Notes: a model not told the origin generated them from the sequence alone. Positions 15,853 to 24,798 are shown, counted from the first letter of the stretch. The stretch: 64,000 nucleotides of DNA from Patescibacteria group bacterium (GCA_028707065.1 JAQTUZ010000003.1:2501-66500); one strand, 5' to 3'. A program made the numbers and translations.

Positions 15853-17532
15853 ATGGTTGAGAAGATCAAAAAAGATAAAACCAAATATGTGTTTGTCGTC
15901 GGCGGCGTGATGTCCGGCGTAGGCAAGGGGATTACCACTTCGTCGATCGCCATGATTTTGCAGTCCAAGGGCTATAAGGTGAGCGCCTGCAAGATCGATC
16001 CCTATATCAACGTCGATGCCGGCACGATGAATCCGGTGGAACACGGCGAAGTTTTTGTGACCGATGACGGCGATGAAACCGACCAGGATGTCGGTAATTA
16101 TGAAAGATTTTTGAATAAAAATATCTACCGCGAGAATTATATGACCACCGGCCGGGTTTATCTTTCCGTCATCCAAAAAGAGCGGAATTTGGAATACGGC
16201 GGCAAGTGCGTGGAAGTTGTGCCGCATATTCCGCTGGAGGTGATCGGCCGCATCCATACGGCCGCGGAAAAAGCCGGCGCGGAAATCATGGTAGTGGAGA
16301 TCGGCGGCACGGTCGGCGAATATCAAAACTTGCTGTTCTTGGAAGCGGCCAGAATGATGAAACTTTATAATCCGGAAAGCGTCCAATTCGTGATGGTTTC
16401 TTTCTTGCCCATTCCCAGCAAACTTGGCGAGATGAAAACCAAGCCGACGCAATACGCGATCCATTCTTTGAACGCGGCCGGTATTCAGCCGAACTTTATC
16501 GTCGCCCGCGCCGAAGTGCCGGTCGACGAACCCAGACGCGCCAAGATCGCCATCAATTGCGGTATTGCTCCGGAAGACGTCATTTCCGCTCCTGATATTG
16601 ATTCAATTTATGATGTGCCGCTGAATTTCGAGAAAGATCATTTGGGCGACCGGATCCTCGACAAATTCGGCTTAAAGAAAAAGAAAGATGATATGAAAGA
16701 ATGGACGGCGATGGTGGCCAAAAGACGGAAAGCCAAAAAAACAGTGGAGATAGGCATTGTGGGCAAATATTTTGTCAGCGGCCATTTTTGTTTTACTGAT
16801 TCCTATGTTTCAGTCATTGAAGCTATAAAACACGCCGCAACTTTTAATAATTGCAAGGCTAATTTGCATTGGCTCGGTTCGGATGAAGTGGAAAAAAACG
16901 GCGCGTCGTTCTTGAAAAAATACGACGGCATCATTGTTCCGCAGGGCTGGGGCTCGCGCGGCGCCGAAGGTAAGATCGCCACGATCGAATATTGCCGCAA
17001 GAATAAAAAGCCGTATTTCGGCTTATGCTATGGCATGCAAATGGCGGTGATCGAATTCGCCCGCCATGTTTTGGGATTCAAGGATGCCAACTCGGCCGAA
17101 GTCAATCCGGCTACCAAGCATCCCGTCATCCATATTATGCCGGGACAGGCGGAATTGCTCGCCCAAAAACAATACGGCGGCACGATCCGTCTGGGCGGCT
17201 GGCCATGCAAAATAGTTAAAGGCACGCATTTATATCGAGCTTATCAAGTTGATAAAAATAAAGACGATATTGTGATCGAACGCCATCGTCATCGCTATGA
17301 ATATAATAACGAATACCGCGAATTAATGGAGAAAAAAGGTTTAACCGTGGCCGGTACTTCGCCGGATGGACAAATTGTCGAGGCAGTGGAAATTACTGAT
17401 CACCCTTTCTTTATCGGCACGCAATTTCATCCGGAATATATTTCCCGTCCGCTCGCGCCGCACCCGCTGTTCGTCGAATTCATCAAAGTCTGCTTGACAT
17501 TGAAGAAGAAAAAGAGTAAAAAAGATAAATAA
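15853..17532 (+). CDS. pyrG: CTP synthase
   Basis: KYVFVVGGVMSGVGKGITTSSI at the N-terminus. The C-terminal glutaminase domain has GLCYGMQ and HRHRYE. Confidence 0.95.
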   Translation: MVEKIKKDKTKYVFVVGGVMSGVGKGITTSSIAMILQSKGYKVSACKIDPYINVDAGTMNPVEHGEVFVTDDGDETDQDVGNYERFLNKNIYRENYMTTGRVYLSVIQKERNLEYGGKCVEVVPHIPLEVIGRIHTAAEKAGAEIMVVEIGGTVGEYQNLLFLEAARMMKLYNPESVQFVMVSFLPIPSKLGEMKTKPTQYAIHSLNAAGIQPNFIVARAEVPVDEPRRAKIAINCGIAPEDVISAPDIDSIYDVPLNFEKDHLGDRILDKFGLKKKKDDMKEWTAMVAKRRKAKKTVEIGIVGKYFVSGHFCFTDSYVSVIEAIKHAATFNNCKANLHWLGSDEVEKNGASFLKKYDGIIVPQGWGSRGAEGKIATIEYCRKNKKPYFGLCYGMQMAVIEFARHVLGFKDANSAEVNPATKHPVIHIMPGQAELLAQKQYGGTIRLGGWPCKIVKGTHLYRAYQVDKNKDDIVIERHRHRYEYNNEYRELMEKKGLTVAGTSPDGQIVEAVEITDHPFFIGTQFHPEYISRPLAPHPLFVEFIKVCLTLKKKKSKKDK

Positions 17533-17561
17533 TGTTCATTTCAAAATCAATCGGAGGAACA

Positions 17562-17906
17562 ATGAAATCAGTTAAAGATGCCAAGAAAAGAGTAAAGCAC
17601 GATGACGCCAGTTTGGTTAAATTTATTCATCGGATGGTAATGGCCTGCTCGATGGAAAGATATTTGGGTTTTAATCTGCCGCCCGGCAAGCACACGACTC
17701 TCCATTATAGCGCGGAAAATTCGTATGTTTTTAGGAAAAATTTTCTTAAGGAAGTGCAAGAAAACGAGGGGGAAGGCCGGAGAATTAAGCGGGCGCTCGC
17801 CGAAGAATATCGGCTGCGGGGCTTGCCTGCCAGACTGAGGAGGCAATTATGTCAGATCAATTATCACTCTTTAACCCTTAAAATGCAGCAACCCGTTGCA
17901 GTTTAG
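17562..17906 (+). CDS. Hypothetical basic protein (114 aa)
   Basis: GGAGG lies 5 nt upstream of the ATG at 17562. First gene of a three-gene SD-bearing cluster. Confidence 0.5.
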   Translation: MKSVKDAKKRVKHDDASLVKFIHRMVMACSMERYLGFNLPPGKHTTLHYSAENSYVFRKNFLKEVQENEGEGRRIKRALAEEYRLRGLPARLRRQLCQINYHSLTLKMQQPVAV

Positions 17907-17919
17907 CAAGGAGATTGTT

Positions 17920-18114
17920 ATGGCCAGAGATGTGGATTACAAGGGAACGGATGGTTGCGGCGAAGCCAGATTTTGCGACACCATGGTTTGCCGGGGAACT
18001 GATTGCCACGATTACTTCGAAACAAAACAGCATAAAAAATGGCGTGAAGTTCAGAAGCGGAAGGAAACGCGAGAAGATAAGAAGCGCGGAGTATTTGTCA
18101 GCGGCCGCGACTGA
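17920..18114 (+). CDS. Small Cys-rich protein (64 aa)
   Basis: AAGGAG is upstream of the ATG at 17920. DGCGEARFCDTMVCRGTDCH provides four Cys plus His, followed by a lysine/arginine-rich tail. Confidence 0.5.
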   Translation: MARDVDYKGTDGCGEARFCDTMVCRGTDCHDYFETKQHKKWREVQKRKETREDKKRGVFVSGRD

Positions 18115-18154
18115 CGGATAATCCGCCTAATCGGACTGGAGAAAGGAGGCCCTA

Positions 18155-18385
18155 GTGAAAGAGAGAATAAATCCTCACGAAATAAATCCGGACGAATCCG
18201 ACGATTATGATGACAAAAAAAATTCGGCGGACGAACCCGGAAGTGCCGAATTAAGCGGGCTCGAACCAGAGGAAGAGCCCGATGACGTCGATGCTCCTAA
18301 AAAAATTACCAGTGCCTTTGATGTTATTAAACAAATATTGCCTGACGGCGACGACGAAATTGACGAACTTGATTTTGATAGATAA
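18155..18385 (+). CDS. Small highly acidic protein (76 aa)
   Basis: AAGGAGG is upstream of the GTG at 18155. The sequence is dominated by D/E and is followed directly by a terminator. Confidence 0.5.
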   Translation: MKERINPHEINPDESDDYDDKKNSADEPGSAELSGLEPEEEPDDVDAPKKITSAFDVIKQILPDGDDEIDELDFDR

Positions 18386-18418
18386 AAAAACTGCCCACCT
18401 CAAGTGAGCAGTTTTTCA
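18384..18418. terminator. Bidirectional terminator hairpin
   Basis: A-run, ctgcccac/gtgagcag stem, then T-run. It lies between convergent genes (the acidic ORF and rpmA). Confidence 0.7.
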
Positions 18419-18429
18419 TTTTTCAGCGA

Positions 18430-18723
18430 TTATTTCTTTTTGGCAGCTTGCGGAATCACGTTGACGACTTTCACTCTGGCCGTGCGGTTATTATATTTCT
18501 TCATGGTTTTTTCGGTATATTTCACCAAACCGTTGCTGGTCGCGAATAAAGTGTGGTCAACGCCCATCTTGACGTTCTTGCCCGCGAAATATTGCGTGCC
18601 GCGCTGGCGGATGATGATGTTGCCGGCTTTGGCGTATTGTCCGTCGCTTAATTTTACGCCCAGGCGCTGGGAAGCTGAATCGCGGCCCAATCTGGTTACG
18701 CCGGCTGCTTTTTTATGAGCCAT
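18430..18723 (-). CDS. rpmA: 50S ribosomal protein L27
   Basis: [29 protein letters not shown]...[10 protein letters not shown] is canonical L27. Confidence 0.97.
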   Translation of the reverse strand: MAHKKAAGVTRLGRDSASQRLGVKLSDGQYAKAGNIIIRQRGTQYFAGKNVKMGVDHTLFATSNGLVKYTEKTMKKYNNRTARVKVVNVIPQAAKKK

Positions 18724-18946
18724 ATTTAATCACATAACACATATCACATAACACGTAACATGCAATTATTTAAAATTAATTATATTTAAAAAATTAATGT
18801 CGCCCAAGGGGTGATCAGCCTCTGGCTGAAATAATTAAAAAAGAATCACTTATTAATGATTCGTTGATGTGTTTTCAGTATAACAAGAGGGGAGTGGGCT
18901 GTCAAGACAATTTGACTTGATTTTAAAATCATATCATAATAACGTA

Positions 18947-18975
18947 TTGAGTATTTGAATTATCTATGCTATACT
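18947..18975 (+). promoter_or_regulatory. Promoter TTGAGT-17-TATACT, only 6 nt upstream of the ATG (leaderless candidate)
   Basis: TTGAGT at 18947-18952, a 17-nt spacer ending tgc, TATACT at 18970-18975, ATG at 18982. Confidence 0.6.
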
Positions 18976-18981
18976 TAGATT

Positions 18982-20211
18982 ATGATTAATCAAAAAATTA
19001 AAATATTTCTGGTAATATTATGCATTTTGGGCTTGAGCCTGAATACTTCGGCAGTGGTGCGCAGCATGACTGATGATCAGACGACCAAGGAGATTCAGCA
19101 GCTAAACCTGCGGATCAAGGATAATCAGAATAAAATGCAGGATATCGAGCGCGAGAAGGCGCAATATGCCGCCAATATCGCGGCCGCTCAGGCGCAAGCC
19201 AATACTTTGCAGGGGCAGATGGCGATTTTGGATAATCGCATTGCGGCGGCGGAGCTGGATATTGAGAGCACGCAAAATCAAATCGACCAGACCAATTTGC
19301 GGATGAAGCAGATCAATCTCGATATCAATAACAAACAAGCCTCGATCGAAAAGGAAAAAAATGATATTGCCATTACGATTAAATTAATTTATAAAGAGAA
19401 AGATGTCAGCGTCCTGGAAGCTCTATTGCTGAACAATTCGCTCGCGGATTTTCTTGATCGGATAAAATACTTGGAAGACGTGAATGAAGGAATGTCGGAA
19501 AGCTTGGATAATTTAAAAAATGACGAAGCGGACCTGGAAAAGGGCAAGGCCGAATTAACGCAAAAAAATACCGAATTGCAGACTTTAGCGGTTAGCCTCG
19601 AGCAAAATAAGCAAGCGTTGGAAAGCGACAAGCAGGATAAAGCCGGTGTCTTGGCGGAAACGCAAAATTCTCAGGCCAAATATCAAAGTTTGGTGCGGCA
19701 ATTGAAAGAACAGCAGGACCAGGCAAATACGGAAATCACTAATTTGGAAAAAACTGTCCGGGAAAAGCTTGCCAGCTTAAGCCAAAATAAATTAGAGCTT
19801 AGCCCTAGCGGTTTGATTTGGCCTGTCCCCAAAAATTATATCACCACTTATTTTCACGATCCGGAGTATCCTTTCCGCTATTTGTTCGAGCATCCGGGCG
19901 TGGATGTCCGCGCCGCGCAGGGAACGGAAGTGGTGGCGGCCGATTCGGGCTATGTGGCTCATGCCAAGATGAACGGCACGGCTTATGCCTATGTTATGAT
20001 CATTCACGGCAACGGCCTTTCCACGGTCTATGGCCATGTGGCCAAAATGTTCGTCAAGGAAGATGATTATGTGTCGCAGGGCGAGACGATCGGCTTGAGC
20101 GGCGGCACGCCGGGTACGCTTGGTTCCGGCCCGTTCACGACCGGCCCGCATCTTCATTTTGAAGTCCGCCAGGACGGCGTACCGGTCAATCCGCTCGAAT
20201 ATCTGCCGTAA
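18982..20211 (+). CDS. M23-family metallopeptidase with N-terminal coiled coil (EnvC-like)
   Basis: Signal or TM segment, a long Q/E/K/L-rich coiled coil, then HPGVDVRA...GPHLHFEVRQDGVPVNP (the HxxxD and HxH motifs). Confidence 0.9.
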   Translation: MINQKIKIFLVILCILGLSLNTSAVVRSMTDDQTTKEIQQLNLRIKDNQNKMQDIEREKAQYAANIAAAQAQANTLQGQMAILDNRIAAAELDIESTQNQIDQTNLRMKQINLDINNKQASIEKEKNDIAITIKLIYKEKDVSVLEALLLNNSLADFLDRIKYLEDVNEGMSESLDNLKNDEADLEKGKAELTQKNTELQTLAVSLEQNKQALESDKQDKAGVLAETQNSQAKYQSLVRQLKEQQDQANTEITNLEKTVREKLASLSQNKLELSPSGLIWPVPKNYITTYFHDPEYPFRYLFEHPGVDVRAAQGTEVVAADSGYVAHAKMNGTAYAYVMIIHGNGLSTVYGHVAKMFVKEDDYVSQGETIGLSGGTPGTLGSGPFTTGPHLHFEVRQDGVPVNPLEYLP

Positions 20212-20231
20212 TCAGAAATACGAAATAAAAA

Positions 20232-20260
20232 AACGGTTTACTGATTAAACCGTTTTTTCG
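20232..20260 (+). terminator. Rho-independent terminator
   Basis: A 9-bp aacggttta/taaaccgtt stem with a 5-nt loop, then ttttttcgtttt. Confidence 0.8.
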
Positions 20261-20266
20261 TTTTGT

Positions 20267-20506
20267 CTAAAAAAGATGATGATACCAGTAGGGATCCTTA
20301 ACGATTAATTTTAAAGGCGACAGCTGAATATCTATGGTGCAACAAGAGGAAATAAGAAAAATAATAATCAGAATAATGCCAATACCCAGACAAAGTTCTC
20401 CCCGAATATCCTTTTTCCCGGTATAATGGTTTGGCATCACTGAAAAAAAACCAAACACAAACAAAGGAAATCCGATTATCGCCGTGATAAAAGCTAGCGT
20501 ATTCAT
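20267..20506 (-). CDS. Small membrane protein (79 aa)
   Basis: AAGGAGG lies 4 nt upstream of the ATG on the minus strand. Two hydrophobic helices. Confidence 0.6.
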   Translation of the reverse strand: MNTLAFITAIIGFPLFVFGFFSVMPNHYTGKKDIRGELCLGIGIILIIIFLISSCCTIDIQLSPLKLIVKDPYWYHHLF

Positions 20507-20667
20507 GCCGCCTCCTTTATTAAGGTCTGCTATAAGCTAATATCATACTTCAAAGAACTGACATAATTTAAGCATTTTATTCAAAAAAAATCAATCTCGC
20601 TTGAACCTCGAGAGGGGATTAAGCGTATAAAACAAAGGATGCGTTCGTCGCGCATCCTTTTTCATGT

Positions 20668-20904
20668 TTAAGCATCCGAATGGCTTATTTTTTTTGTGCC
20701 TCGCCTGACTCTGCAGCGGAAAATCTTTACGAGCTCGATTACCAAATGAGACAGATACTGATTGAAGTTATCTGACCACCCATCAAAGATCGCCAGCAGC
20801 AATGTCATTGATACGAAGAGACAAGCAAGAATAATAAATCCGACACAGCGAAACAGATTCTTGATATAGGCGATCATCGCCCTTTTTATTCGCGCAAAAT
20901 TCAT
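20668..20904 (-). CDS. Small membrane protein (78 aa)
   Basis: ORF with one central TM segment (VGFIILACLFVSMTLLLAIF). A hairpin aggatgcg/cgcatcct lies just downstream. Confidence 0.45.
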   Translation of the reverse strand: MNFARIKRAMIAYIKNLFRCVGFIILACLFVSMTLLLAIFDGWSDNFNQYLSHLVIELVKIFRCRVRRGTKKISHSDA

Positions 20905-21034
20905 GGGAAACCCCCAGGGATATGTTAAATGTGCATATTTTGTAGTGTATTATCTTAGCAGATAAAAAACAGGAAGTCAAAGCCAGAATTTTTTTATTTT
21001 TTCAGATCTTTCCCGCCGTGCGACTGGCGGAGAA

Positions 21035-21829
21035 TTAAAATTCTAGATAGCTTTTTTCGTCAGCCGGAAATTCAAAGTGTTTGAATATGCTTGTTATTTT
21101 AATATTATCTGAAAAAATATTGGCGGACAATGATTTTCTCAAGTCATTTATTGAGAAATCATTTTTGGTTATTTCTTTGAGTCTTTTTACAATAATCTGC
21201 GCGGCCCTTTCCGTGATAGGGGAATTAAAATTCTTCTTCCTGCGCTGGTAACTGAAAAAAAGATATTGGTCGCATTTAATATTATTTTTTAAACAAAAAT
21301 TAAATATTGTTTTCAGAAGTTTTTTATTTAATATTATAATTTTACCGCCAATATTTATCCAGTCATTTTTTACGTTACCAAGTTTAATTTTTATAAGTTC
21401 CTTGGTTTTTAAGCCAGTTTCATATAGCATCATTATCAATAAATTATCTCTTTCGGCTGTTACTTTGTCGTTTTTCAAAATAATGCTCGATAAATTGTCT
21501 ATATTTTCCACTCGTTTAAAATTTTTCTTCCCTGCCCTTTCGATTGGTATATTTTTTATTTCTATTGTTACGCCCTTGGTCTCCTTTAAAAAATCGCAAT
21601 ATTTTAAAATAGCATAGATATATGAATTCTTACTTTGCTTTGATTTTCCAGTAGTATATTCGGTAATAAAATTCAAAAAGTTTTTTTCGGGAAAATTAAA
21701 ATAATTAATTTTTTCTCTTGCCAGGTAAGCCAAAAATTTATTTATTGAAATAAAATAATTCGATATAGTATTATGTTTATATCCCTTAGCCTTGAGCCAA
21801 GCAATAAATCCATCTAGTATTATTTTCAT
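21035..21829 (-). CDS. Divergent tyrosine recombinase (XerC/D-like fold, HxxR His replaced by Asn)
   Basis: N-terminal SAM-like core-binding region (FIAWLKAKGYKHNTISNYFISINKFLAYL). AERDNLLIMMLYETGLKTKEL carries the Arg-I block. INDLRKS replaces HxLRH. The tail IFKHFEFPADEKSY aligns by eye with LLGHESLDTTTRY. Very AT-rich. Confidence 0.65.
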   Translation of the reverse strand: MKIILDGFIAWLKAKGYKHNTISNYFISINKFLAYLAREKINYFNFPEKNFLNFITEYTTGKSKQSKNSYIYAILKYCDFLKETKGVTIEIKNIPIERAGKKNFKRVENIDNLSSIILKNDKVTAERDNLLIMMLYETGLKTKELIKIKLGNVKNDWINIGGKIIILNKKLLKTIFNFCLKNNIKCDQYLFFSYQRRKKNFNSPITERAAQIIVKRLKEITKNDFSINDLRKSLSANIFSDNIKITSIFKHFEFPADEKSYLEF

Positions 21830-22305
21830 AAATTAAATTCTAATAAATAATCGTCAGACGGGACAAGCATTATTTTGCAATTTTTTAAGAAAGATAAATT
21901 CAAATAAAGTTTATATAAGTTGGTAGTGCCGACTTCTATAAATACATTCTTATCGGTCCCGAGGTCGGCTCGTCCATAATATAATGCCGGTTCTTTCTCG
22001 ACTTTTATGCCATTGGTTAGAAAATATTTTTCTATGGTCGAGATAAGATCGTTATGCCAATTTCCTCCGTGTTTTTTCAAATTATCAGTATTAAGATTGT
22101 TTTTCGCCTGCCAAATAGAATTATTTAGATAAGAAATTTTTTTTAACTTCATTTTCCCTGAAACAATAAAAATGGCGATTTTTCTCAATAAGCAATATTC
22201 GCATTTTATCGGATCGTTTTGTTCGAAAGGGGATTGGGAAATATTGTTTTTAAGAAATTCAATTTCATCGGAGATCGCTTTTTCCGCTTCATTCCAATCG
22301 ATCAT
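21826..22305 (-). CDS. Hypothetical protein (159 aa) with a PD-(D/E)xK-like core
   Basis: YYGRADLGTDKNVFIEVGTT resembles the G-x-(P)D ... (D/E)-V-K-T strand pair of restriction-endonuclease-like folds, but Gly sits in the Lys position. It overlaps the downstream gene by 4 nt. Confidence 0.5.
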   Translation of the reverse strand: MIDWNEAEKAISDEIEFLKNNISQSPFEQNDPIKCEYCLLRKIAIFIVSGKMKLKKISYLNNSIWQAKNNLNTDNLKKHGGNWHNDLISTIEKYFLTNGIKVEKEPALYYGRADLGTDKNVFIEVGTTNLYKLYLNLSFLKNCKIMLVPSDDYLLEFNL

Positions 22306-22309
22306 AAAA

Positions 22310-23254
22310 TTAATTTTTTAAAGGATGAAATTTTTTTTGAACGCTTTCGGCGTAACGATCAGAGGCATGAACGTAGCGCGTCGTGGTGTCCAATGATTCG
22401 TGGCCCAAAAGAACTTGAATGGCGGCGGGGTTAGCTCCGCATTCAGCTAAATAAGTGGCAAAGCCGTGTCTTAAAGTATGAGCGGAAACAGGAAGATTGA
22501 TTCCCAAAAGCTCGCGATATCTTTTTATTCTTTCCTGAATATAGTTAGCGGAAATTTTAGCGCCCTTAATATTGTTGGCGTTCATTCCTTTGAACGGGAT
22601 GAAGACAAAGGGGGATTGCTTGCCTTTTATTTTCAAGTATTCATCCAAATGCTTCCTGGCTCTAGGCGTCAAATAAACAAATCTTTCTTTTTTTCCCTTG
22701 CCTAAAATAAAAATTCTTCCTTGAGCGTCGATTTTATCCTGCCGCAGATTAACCAACTCGGAAATTCTCATTCCCGTGGCAAACAGTACTTCCATAATAG
22801 CCCTGTTTCTTAAAGCGATTCTTTTATCGGTTTCCAGCTTCATTGGTGATTCTATTAAAGTGATCAGCTCGCTTAATTCCGGTATCTGCGGTTTCTTTTT
22901 TATTGTCTTGCTCATCTTGATCGCGTCCGGCGGCAAAGGAACAGGATAATCCATCTCAATTAGATATTTAAACAAGGAGCGAAGAGAGGATAGCATCCGA
23001 TTAGTAGAGTAGGCCGATAGATTTTTTTCGGTTTTTTGATCGGCCGGAGTCTTTCGATCAATGGAAATCAGATAAGCTTTATAATTCAAAATATCTCTTT
23101 TAGAAATTTTTTTAAATTCTAAATCCTCCTCTTCTAAAAAATTTTTAAAAACGGTCAAATCCCGTTCATAGTTATAAATCGTTTCGGGGGAGTAGCCATT
23201 AACTTTAAGATCAAGGAGAAAATCCTCTATTAATGGAAGTTCTATTGTTTTCAT
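22310..23254 (-). CDS. Tyrosine recombinase, XerC/XerD type (full catalytic set)
   Basis: LRNRAIMEVLFATGMRISEL (Arg), GKGKKERFVYL (Lys), AHTLRHGFATYL (HxxR), LLGHESLDTTTRYVH (His, Tyr). Confidence 0.9.
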   Translation of the reverse strand: MKTIELPLIEDFLLDLKVNGYSPETIYNYERDLTVFKNFLEEEDLEFKKISKRDILNYKAYLISIDRKTPADQKTEKNLSAYSTNRMLSSLRSLFKYLIEMDYPVPLPPDAIKMSKTIKKKPQIPELSELITLIESPMKLETDKRIALRNRAIMEVLFATGMRISELVNLRQDKIDAQGRIFILGKGKKERFVYLTPRARKHLDEYLKIKGKQSPFVFIPFKGMNANNIKGAKISANYIQERIKRYRELLGINLPVSAHTLRHGFATYLAECGANPAAIQVLLGHESLDTTTRYVHASDRYAESVQKKFHPLKN

Positions 23255-23640
23255 ATTATTAGACTGAGTGTAAGGGATATTATACTCAGTACTTTTATAT
23301 TATATAAAAGGGCTGATTCGTCGTCAAGCCCTTGGTTTTTAAAATCTATTTAATGTTTTAGTGTATTCACTATTGGATCCTGATGTTACAATACTACACT
23401 ACCCGTATTTCCGGATAACCATGGGTATCGAAAATATTTATTTTTTTATTATAATTTAACAATATTATATTTTGTCTTTTTAGTTCTAATTTTAGGCTAT
23501 GTTGTTAATAGCGATTCATGTATATTTTGTTAATATTAGCCATAAAATAGATACTTAGGCCCTAAAAGGCCCTATAGCGCTTGAGAACTGATTTTCAGTA
23601 TTCCACCTCATCTTTTAAGATAAATTTTATAGTCAGGCGC

Positions 23641-23829
23641 TTAATTGGTCATCATTACTCCTAAAATATGGATAGCTGGAACGAAATTCAGTAAAAATTT
23701 GATAACCAAGAGAAAGATGCCGACAACTAAGATTAAAGCAACTAAGATGGCCAGAAAGAAAACGAATTTAAATATTCTTTCCGATGATTCATTGCTCATA
23801 AAAAAATAATGCTTGGTGATTTTGAACAA
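23641..23829 (-). CDS. Possible small membrane protein (62 aa)
   Basis: ORF with one long hydrophobic helix. No SD and no clear promoter. Confidence 0.3.
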   Translation of the reverse strand: MFKITKHYFFMSNESSERIFKFVFFLAILVALILVVGIFLLVIKFLLNFVPAIHILGVMMTN

Positions 23830-23940
23830 CTTATCGATTTGGACCTGTTATCAGGTTTTTAAACCCGACGATCACGACCCAAATCTGCCTGCCTGCCGGC
23901 CGGCAGGCGAATTGTATCACAATCTCCAAATATATTATAG

Positions 23941-24798
23941 TTATTGATAATAAATTTTGTCGCCAAAGCGCAAGTCGATCATTTTTTGCTTGGCAAAATC
24001 ATCTTTCAATTTTTGATCTTTTAAAATCAATAAATTGTTCAGTTGCTTACCGACATCGTCTTTGGTGTTGAAAATTATTTTTAAACCCTCAGGCGTCAGC
24101 AATTTTATCGTGTCCAGATCATCGTCGACGATAAAATGATCGATACTGATCCCCGGCATTTGTTTGGCGAATTTATCGTAAAGCGAGGCGGTAAAATTAA
24201 GGTAGCTCGGGTCAACCGCGATTCGGTTGCCGTACATTCGTTGCGTTGATTGATTGACGATCAAGGGATATTTATTGTCTTTTAGGTCCAGAGGGCTGAT
24301 CTCTTGCACCGCGTAGCCGTCAGTATCGGCATAATAATATTTATCCCCTTCTCGCCAGATACAGGCCAAAGGCTTATTGACAATATCGATTGAGAGCGAA
24401 TCCGGCCATTCTTTTTCAACATCGATCTTTTGAAAGTGATATTTTTTTTGCAAGGTGGCCTCGAATTTATTTTTACTGAAGAAAAGCAGATTGCTTTGCG
24501 GAAACAGCAGAAAATGATTGGCGCGCATTTGCTCGCTGATCAAGCCGCGCACATCGGCATCGGACATTTGATCGACGCCGGAGATGGAAATTTTTTTGAT
24601 CCCCCAGAAATGCGAAATAAAAACGAACCAAATAATGAAAATCAAAACCAGGACGATGAAACCGATAATTAACTTGCCTTTGACGCCGGCAAATGACATT
24701 ATCCTTTCCCGCCTTCTATAAAAAGGATTTTCCAGCTTTTTTTCGTGGTAGTCGATCGGCAGATGCCTTCTGGCTGGATAATTGCCGAATAGAGACAT
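23941..24798 (-). CDS. ftsQ: Cell division protein FtsQ-type (POTRA domain)
   Basis: Cytoplasmic tail, a single TM segment (LIIGFIVLVLIFIIWFVFI), then IKKISISGVDQMSDADV, a POTRA-like start. Confidence 0.75.
   Translation of the reverse strand: MSLFGNYPARRHLPIDYHEKKLENPFYRRRERIMSFAGVKGKLIIGFIVLVLIFIIWFVFISHFWGIKKISISGVDQMSDADVRGLISEQMRANHFLLFPQSNLLFFSKNKFEATLQKKYHFQKIDVEKEWPDSLSIDIVNKPLACIWREGDKYYYADTDGYAVQEISPLDLKDNKYPLIVNQSTQRMYGNRIAVDPSYLNFTASLYDKFAKQMPGISIDHFIVDDDLDTIKLLTPEGLKIIFNTKDDVGKQLNNLLILKDQKLKDDFAKQKMIDLRFGDKIYYQ

Noticed and set aside
15844-16464. 206-aa antisense ORF inside pyrG. Similar long antisense ORFs lie inside prfA (36524..37090), the Clp ATPase (57863..58468), gltX (62567..63127), gyrB (44296..44856) and pgk (50916..51377).
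   Set aside because: These are shadow ORFs opposite strongly conserved genes. Their sequences are low-complexity (R/H/G-rich) with no recognisable motifs or initiation signals.
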